Origin: Sphingobacterium sp.
GTDB taxonomy: Bacteria > Bacteroidota > Bacteroidia > Sphingobacteriales > Sphingobacteriaceae
Assembly: GCF_039596235.1 (NCBI RefSeq)
Contig: NZ_JBCNKE010000008.1
Location: 125,946 to 189,945, forward strand
Direction: 5' to 3'
Length of the DNA: 64,000 nucleotides
Below, one piece after another: positions 60,047 to 64,000 of the stretch (within the stretch, counting starts at the first letter, position 1; each line of letters begins with the position of its first letter). The notes beneath the pieces are model-generated. The model was not told the DNA's origin. It made no database searches and saw only the letters and a program-made list of their open reading frames with translations. A program made the translations under genes and the position numbers.

Positions 60047-61885
60047 ATGGGATACAATAGTCTAGCGGCATGTGTTGCGGATCTTGAAAAACATGGCCAT
60101 TTAATCCGGATTAAAGAAGAAGTCGATCCTTACCTTGAAATGGCCGCAATTCACATGCGGGTGTTTGATGTAGCAGGGCCGGCATTGTATTTTGAAAATA
60201 TCAAAGGTTCGGAATTTCCTGCAGTATCCAATCTATTTGGTACATTGGACCGTTCGAAATTTATGTTCCGTGACTCATTGGATCATCTTAAGAAATTGGT
60301 GGACGTCAAGATGAATCCAGGTGCTGTACTAAAAAATCCATTCCAATATCTTGGTTCATCCATGACTGCCCTAGGCGCCCTGCCTTGGAAAAGAAAGGCG
60401 GGAGCTCCGATCCTTCATGGTAAAACAAGCATTAGCAAGCTTCCTCAGATCGTTAATTGGCCTATGGATGGCGGGGCTTTTGTGACGATGCCGCAGGTCT
60501 ATACAGAAGATGTAAATAAGCCCGGAATAATGCATGCCAACCTTGGGATGTACCGGATTCAGCTTTCAGGCAATGACTATATTCCAGATCAGGAAATAGG
60601 ATTACACTACCAGTTGCACCGTGGAATAGGTATCCATCAGACCAAGGCCAATGAACTTGGTGTGCCACTTAAAGTAAGTATTTTTGTGGGCGGCCCACCT
60701 GCGCATCCCTTGTCTGCGGTGATGCCGCTGCCAGAGGGACTGTCTGAAATGATTTTTGCCGGAGCTTTAGGCAATAGACGGTTCCGCTATTTTTACGACG
60801 ACGAAGGTTTTTGTATTTCGGCAGATGCGGATTTTGTGATTACCGGTACCGTCTATCCCAATGAGAATAAACCAGAGGGTCCTTTTGGTGATCATATTGG
60901 CTATTACAGTCTCACTCATCCTTTTCCTTTAATGAAAGTGCATAATGTATACCATAAGAAAGATCCGATCTGGTCCTTTACCGTGGTAGGCAGGCCACCG
61001 CAGGAGGATACCAGCTTTGGGGCGCTGATTCACGAAATAACCGGTTCAGCCATCCCACAGGAAATCTCAGGCTTGCATGCTGTCAACGCGGTGGATGCGG
61101 CTGGAGTACATCCCTTATTATTTGCTATAGGATCAGAGCGCTATACACCTTATCAACGTGTGGACCGGCCGCAGGAAATTTTAACCATCGCCAACCAGAT
61201 CCTTGGAAAAAACCAACTGAGCCTGGCGAAGTATCTTTTTATTTCAGCCCACGAGGATAATCCTAAATTGGATATCTATGATATTCCGGCGTTTTTTGCA
61301 CATATCCTGGAAAGGATTGACCCTGCACGGGACCTTCATTTTCAGACAAATACGACCATTGATACCTTAGATTATTCAGGTGATGGATTAAACGCGGGGT
61401 CGAAGGTGGTGTTTGCTGCTGCCGGGACAAAGAAAAGGGAACTGGCAGGAGCGTTGCCTGCAAATTTTGATCTGCCGCGACCTTTTAACCAGGCAAAGCT
61501 GGTGATGCCGGGTGTATTGGCGATTGATGGAAAAGCCTTCACCACCTATGCAGATGAGACTGAGTTGATTCGCCAGTGGTGCCATGCGGCCGAAGGATTG
61601 GCTTGGGAGGGTTTCCCCCTACTGGTTCTATGCGACGATGCCAGTTTTACAGCCGAAACAGTCAATAATTTCGTTTGGACAACCTTTACACGTAGTAACC
61701 CCGCATTTGATATCCATGGAATCAAAAGCTTTACTGCCTTCAAGCATTGGGGCTGTGAAGGTCCAATGATTATTGATGCCCGAACAAAACCTCATCACGC
61801 TCCGGCATTGATTAAAGATGAAGCGGTCGAAAAGAGGGTGGATCAACTGGGCGCAAAAGGTGGCTCACTCTATGGAGTTATTTAA
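60047..61885 (+). CDS. UbiD-family (prFMN-dependent) decarboxylase
   Basis: LIRIKEEVDP, WPMDGGAFVT, NLGMYRIQ, EGPFGDHIGYY, VVGRPPQED; TAAATTTG promoter at 60009-60016. Confidence 0.92.
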   Translation: MGYNSLAACVADLEKHGHLIRIKEEVDPYLEMAAIHMRVFDVAGPALYFENIKGSEFPAVSNLFGTLDRSKFMFRDSLDHLKKLVDVKMNPGAVLKNPFQYLGSSMTALGALPWKRKAGAPILHGKTSISKLPQIVNWPMDGGAFVTMPQVYTEDVNKPGIMHANLGMYRIQLSGNDYIPDQEIGLHYQLHRGIGIHQTKANELGVPLKVSIFVGGPPAHPLSAVMPLPEGLSEMIFAGALGNRRFRYFYDDEGFCISADADFVITGTVYPNENKPEGPFGDHIGYYSLTHPFPLMKVHNVYHKKDPIWSFTVVGRPPQEDTSFGALIHEITGSAIPQEISGLHAVNAVDAAGVHPLLFAIGSERYTPYQRVDRPQEILTIANQILGKNQLSLAKYLFISAHEDNPKLDIYDIPAFFAHILERIDPARDLHFQTNTTIDTLDYSGDGLNAGSKVVFAAAGTKKRELAGALPANFDLPRPFNQAKLVMPGVLAIDGKAFTTYADETELIRQWCHAAEGLAWEGFPLLVLCDDASFTAETVNNFVWTTFTRSNPAFDIHGIKSFTAFKHWGCEGPMIIDARTKPHHAPALIKDEAVEKRVDQLGAKGGSLYGVI

Positions 61886-61956
61886 AATTCCGTAAGAATG
61901 ATCAGTTACAGCGAATTTAAGAGACAATTAGCAAAAGCATATACAATTTTAATCCG

Positions 61957-62292
61957 ATGAAAATAGAAGAATTATTAGCGAAGTCAAAAGGGAGCCAACT
62001 TCAGTTTCAGGAAGTCCTGGATCATATTGCAGAACAGTATACATATAGCCCAGCATCCTTTCAAAATGGGAGCCTGAAAAACTCGGCAACCGAAAACCAG
62101 GGGAGCGCCAAAGTATTGTATTTTGCCAAATTAAACAATCTTTCAGAAACGGATACCTTGAAGCTATTTGCAGAACATTATCAGAATGTACTGGACAACC
62201 CGACAGGAGATGGTCATCAGAACATCCGACAGTTTATGGCAAATGGCTGGGCTGGTGTTGCCTTCGAAGCGGATGTGCTGACCAATAAATAA
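61957..62292 (+). CDS. HopJ-family protein (function unknown)
   Basis: NSATENQGSAKVLYFA, LFAEHY, GHQNIRQFMANGW. Confidence 0.85.
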   Translation: MKIEELLAKSKGSQLQFQEVLDHIAEQYTYSPASFQNGSLKNSATENQGSAKVLYFAKLNNLSETDTLKLFAEHYQNVLDNPTGDGHQNIRQFMANGWAGVAFEADVLTNK

Positions 62293-62365
62293 GTCGGAGC
62301 TTTTACCAATGGTTCTTATCAAAGATAAACCAGCCGCTTGAAAACAGTTTTGCATTATCAAATAT

Positions 62366-62400
62366 AAAGGGGCAGTCCAATGTTTGACAGCCCCTTTTTT
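62366..62400. terminator. Bidirectional terminator
   Basis: AAAGGGGCAGTC..GACAGCCCCTTTTTT. Confidence 0.7.
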
Positions 62401-62446
62401 ACGGTCTTCCGCAACCTCATTTAAGGATTTAAATCTCAGGGATTCT

Positions 62447-62908
62447 TTAACCTTTGCTTTCGCAATCTTCGTCTTTATTGCCTCCGAAATAAACCATCCA
62501 ACAGATGCCAAACTGATCCTGAAATGAGCTATATAATTCTGCGAAAAATGTTTCGCCTAAAGGCATTTCCACTACTTTTGCGTTGACACTAAGTGCTTCG
62601 TAGAGTGTTTTGGCTTCATCGCGATTGTCGCACATCAACATGACATAGGTATTGTTGCCCTGTACATAGGCCTGACCAAAGTCCGGAATGACGTCAGCGC
62701 CCATAAGCATGCTCTCGCCATTGATGGAAATGGCCGTATGACAGATTTTGTTTTTGGCTTCATCCGAAATTGGAGGCATGTGCGGGTCCGCTGGAACATC
62801 GCCATATCGCATAAAACCTGGATTTTTTGTTTGAAAAACCTTTTCGTAAAATGTGAAAGCTTCTTCACAGTTACCGTCGAAATTTAAATAAGCGTGTAAT
62901 TTTGCCAT
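62447..62908 (-). CDS. VOC/PhnB-family protein (start reassigned to ATG 62908)
   Basis: YLNFDGNCEEAFTFY, MPLGETFF, QDQFGICW. Confidence 0.9.
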   Translation of the reverse strand: MAKLHAYLNFDGNCEEAFTFYEKVFQTKNPGFMRYGDVPADPHMPPISDEAKNKICHTAISINGESMLMGADVIPDFGQAYVQGNNTYVMLMCDNRDEAKTLYEALSVNAKVVEMPLGETFFAELYSSFQDQFGICWMVYFGGNKDEDCESKG

Positions 62909-63080
62909 GATTTCTAATTTTTGAATATATTGATTGTCTCTTTTGGCGTGTATCTTTATCTTTTTGATGACTCCAAAAGATCCACGCAATACCTTATTTT
63001 CTCAAATTATTTCCTATAACATAGCAGCCAGGTGGGCTATCTTCGGAAGTGAAGATAAAATTAAGCGGAACTTTCGATAA

Positions 63081-63104
63081 AAATCTTGCCCTAAGGCAAG
63101 ATTT
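63081..63104 (-). terminator. Terminator after the Crp-family gene
   Basis: AAATCTTGCC-ctaa-GGCAAGATTT. Confidence 0.65.
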
Positions 63105-63133
63105 GAAAATAAACTTTCGCAACAGGAAAATCT

Positions 63134-63709
63134 TTAGTTCCCGTGTACAATCTCTTTACGGATACGGCTCAATGAGGTGTCCGTGATACCAAGATAAGAG
63201 GCGATATGTTTTAATGGAGCCTGCTGGATCAGGATAGGTTTTTCTTTAATCAGACGCAGGTATCGACTGGTGGCTGGTTCGGTGATCATGGCAATTGCCC
63301 TGTTTTTACTGTGAACCAGTTCCTGTGCCATCCATGAACGCCCCCATTCCCTAAATTCTGGGATGCGATGAAACAGTTCCTGATGATCTTCAAATCGTAT
63401 TTTCCAAAGCTTTGTATCGGTAAGCGCCTGGATATTTTCAACTGTGGGGGTACGCTGGAAAAAAGATGCAACCTCGATCACCACATCATGATCACTACAA
63501 AAGCCAATGGTAACTTCATTCCCTTCATAGTCGTGCAAAAAAGAACGGGTAAGTCCATATTCGATTAAATAGTAAGCATTGGATACCTGTCCTTTGCTCA
63601 GTATAAAATCACCTTTTTTGATCGTAACGGCCTGGTGTTTATCTTTTATGGAATTCAGTTCGTCTGCTGTGATAGCGAGGCCCTGGTAAAAAGTTCCTAT
63701 TAAATCCAT
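63134..63709 (-). CDS. Crp/Fnr-family transcriptional regulator
   Basis: cNMP-binding region (YLIEYGL, ENIQALTD); HTH LKHIASYLGITDTSLSRIR. Confidence 0.9.
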   Translation of the reverse strand: MDLIGTFYQGLAITADELNSIKDKHQAVTIKKGDFILSKGQVSNAYYLIEYGLTRSFLHDYEGNEVTIGFCSDHDVVIEVASFFQRTPTVENIQALTDTKLWKIRFEDHQELFHRIPEFREWGRSWMAQELVHSKNRAIAMITEPATSRYLRLIKEKPILIQQAPLKHIASYLGITDTSLSRIRKEIVHGN

Positions 63710-63947
63710 TGTCCTTGGTTTATTTGATTACACAGTGAATTTAAAGATAAATCTTGAAATGTGTTGTTATTGTATTGTGTGATTATTGTAAACAAATAAG
63801 GGTTTTGTTGCTAATTTTATTTGTTTGAATTATGTTTTTTGATAAAAACATAATAAAAATTAAAAATCATTATGAATTTAGTTTTTAATTGTTTTACTTT
63901 GTATCAAGAACATAATGTAAAAACGAAAAATTTAAAATTTTCATAAT

Positions 63948-64000
63948 ATGTGTGGAATTATTGGCGCTTTTGAATTGAAGCAACCCGCAGACTCATTGAG
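63948..64000 (+). CDS. asnB: Probable asparagine synthase B / Ntn amidotransferase, 5' end only
   Basis: MCGIIGAFELKQPADSL: N-terminal Cys2 of a class II glutamine amidotransferase; only 17 codons are visible. Confidence 0.7.
   Translation, partial: MCGIIGAFELKQPADSL

Noticed and set aside
61957-62292. Type III secretion effector implied by the HopJ family name
   Set aside because: No T3SS genes are present, and the family is widespread in non-pathogenic Bacteroidota.

Overview
Chromosomal segment of a Bacteroidota bacterium, most likely Sphingobacteriaceae (Sphingobacterium-like). This is inferred from TAnnTTTG promoters, gene content and protein signatures, not from a database search. Bases 1-8454 hold the first part of an unusual iterative type I FAS/PKS locus of the Pfa / Azotobacter ArsA-ArsD type: a 2324-aa ER-ER-KS-AT-ACP2-KR protein, then a second KS gene that runs off the window. 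Next comes an accessory zone (about 9-23 kb) with two identical tRNA-Pro(TGG) genes carrying tRNA-linked repeats, two tandem membrane-anchored AraC regulators, lipoproteins, porins, tRNA-Cys and a gene remnant. The rest is mostly core genome: rpsL-rpsG-fusA-rpsJ, rnr, a Fur-family regulator, tal, mdh, TamB/TamA, valS, two LTA-synthase-like genes, sucAB, a degenerate photolyase-family gene, a UbiD-family gene, a Crp regulator and the start of asnB. The best leads are the FAS/PKS locus, a 146-bp tRNA-derived repeat with an antisense segment and a split T-loop, a three-copy palindromic operator (CCAYCTTATAAGRTGG) near the AraC pair, and a photolyase-fold protein missing its FAD-binding residues. 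No rRNA, CRISPR array, integrase or transposase was found.
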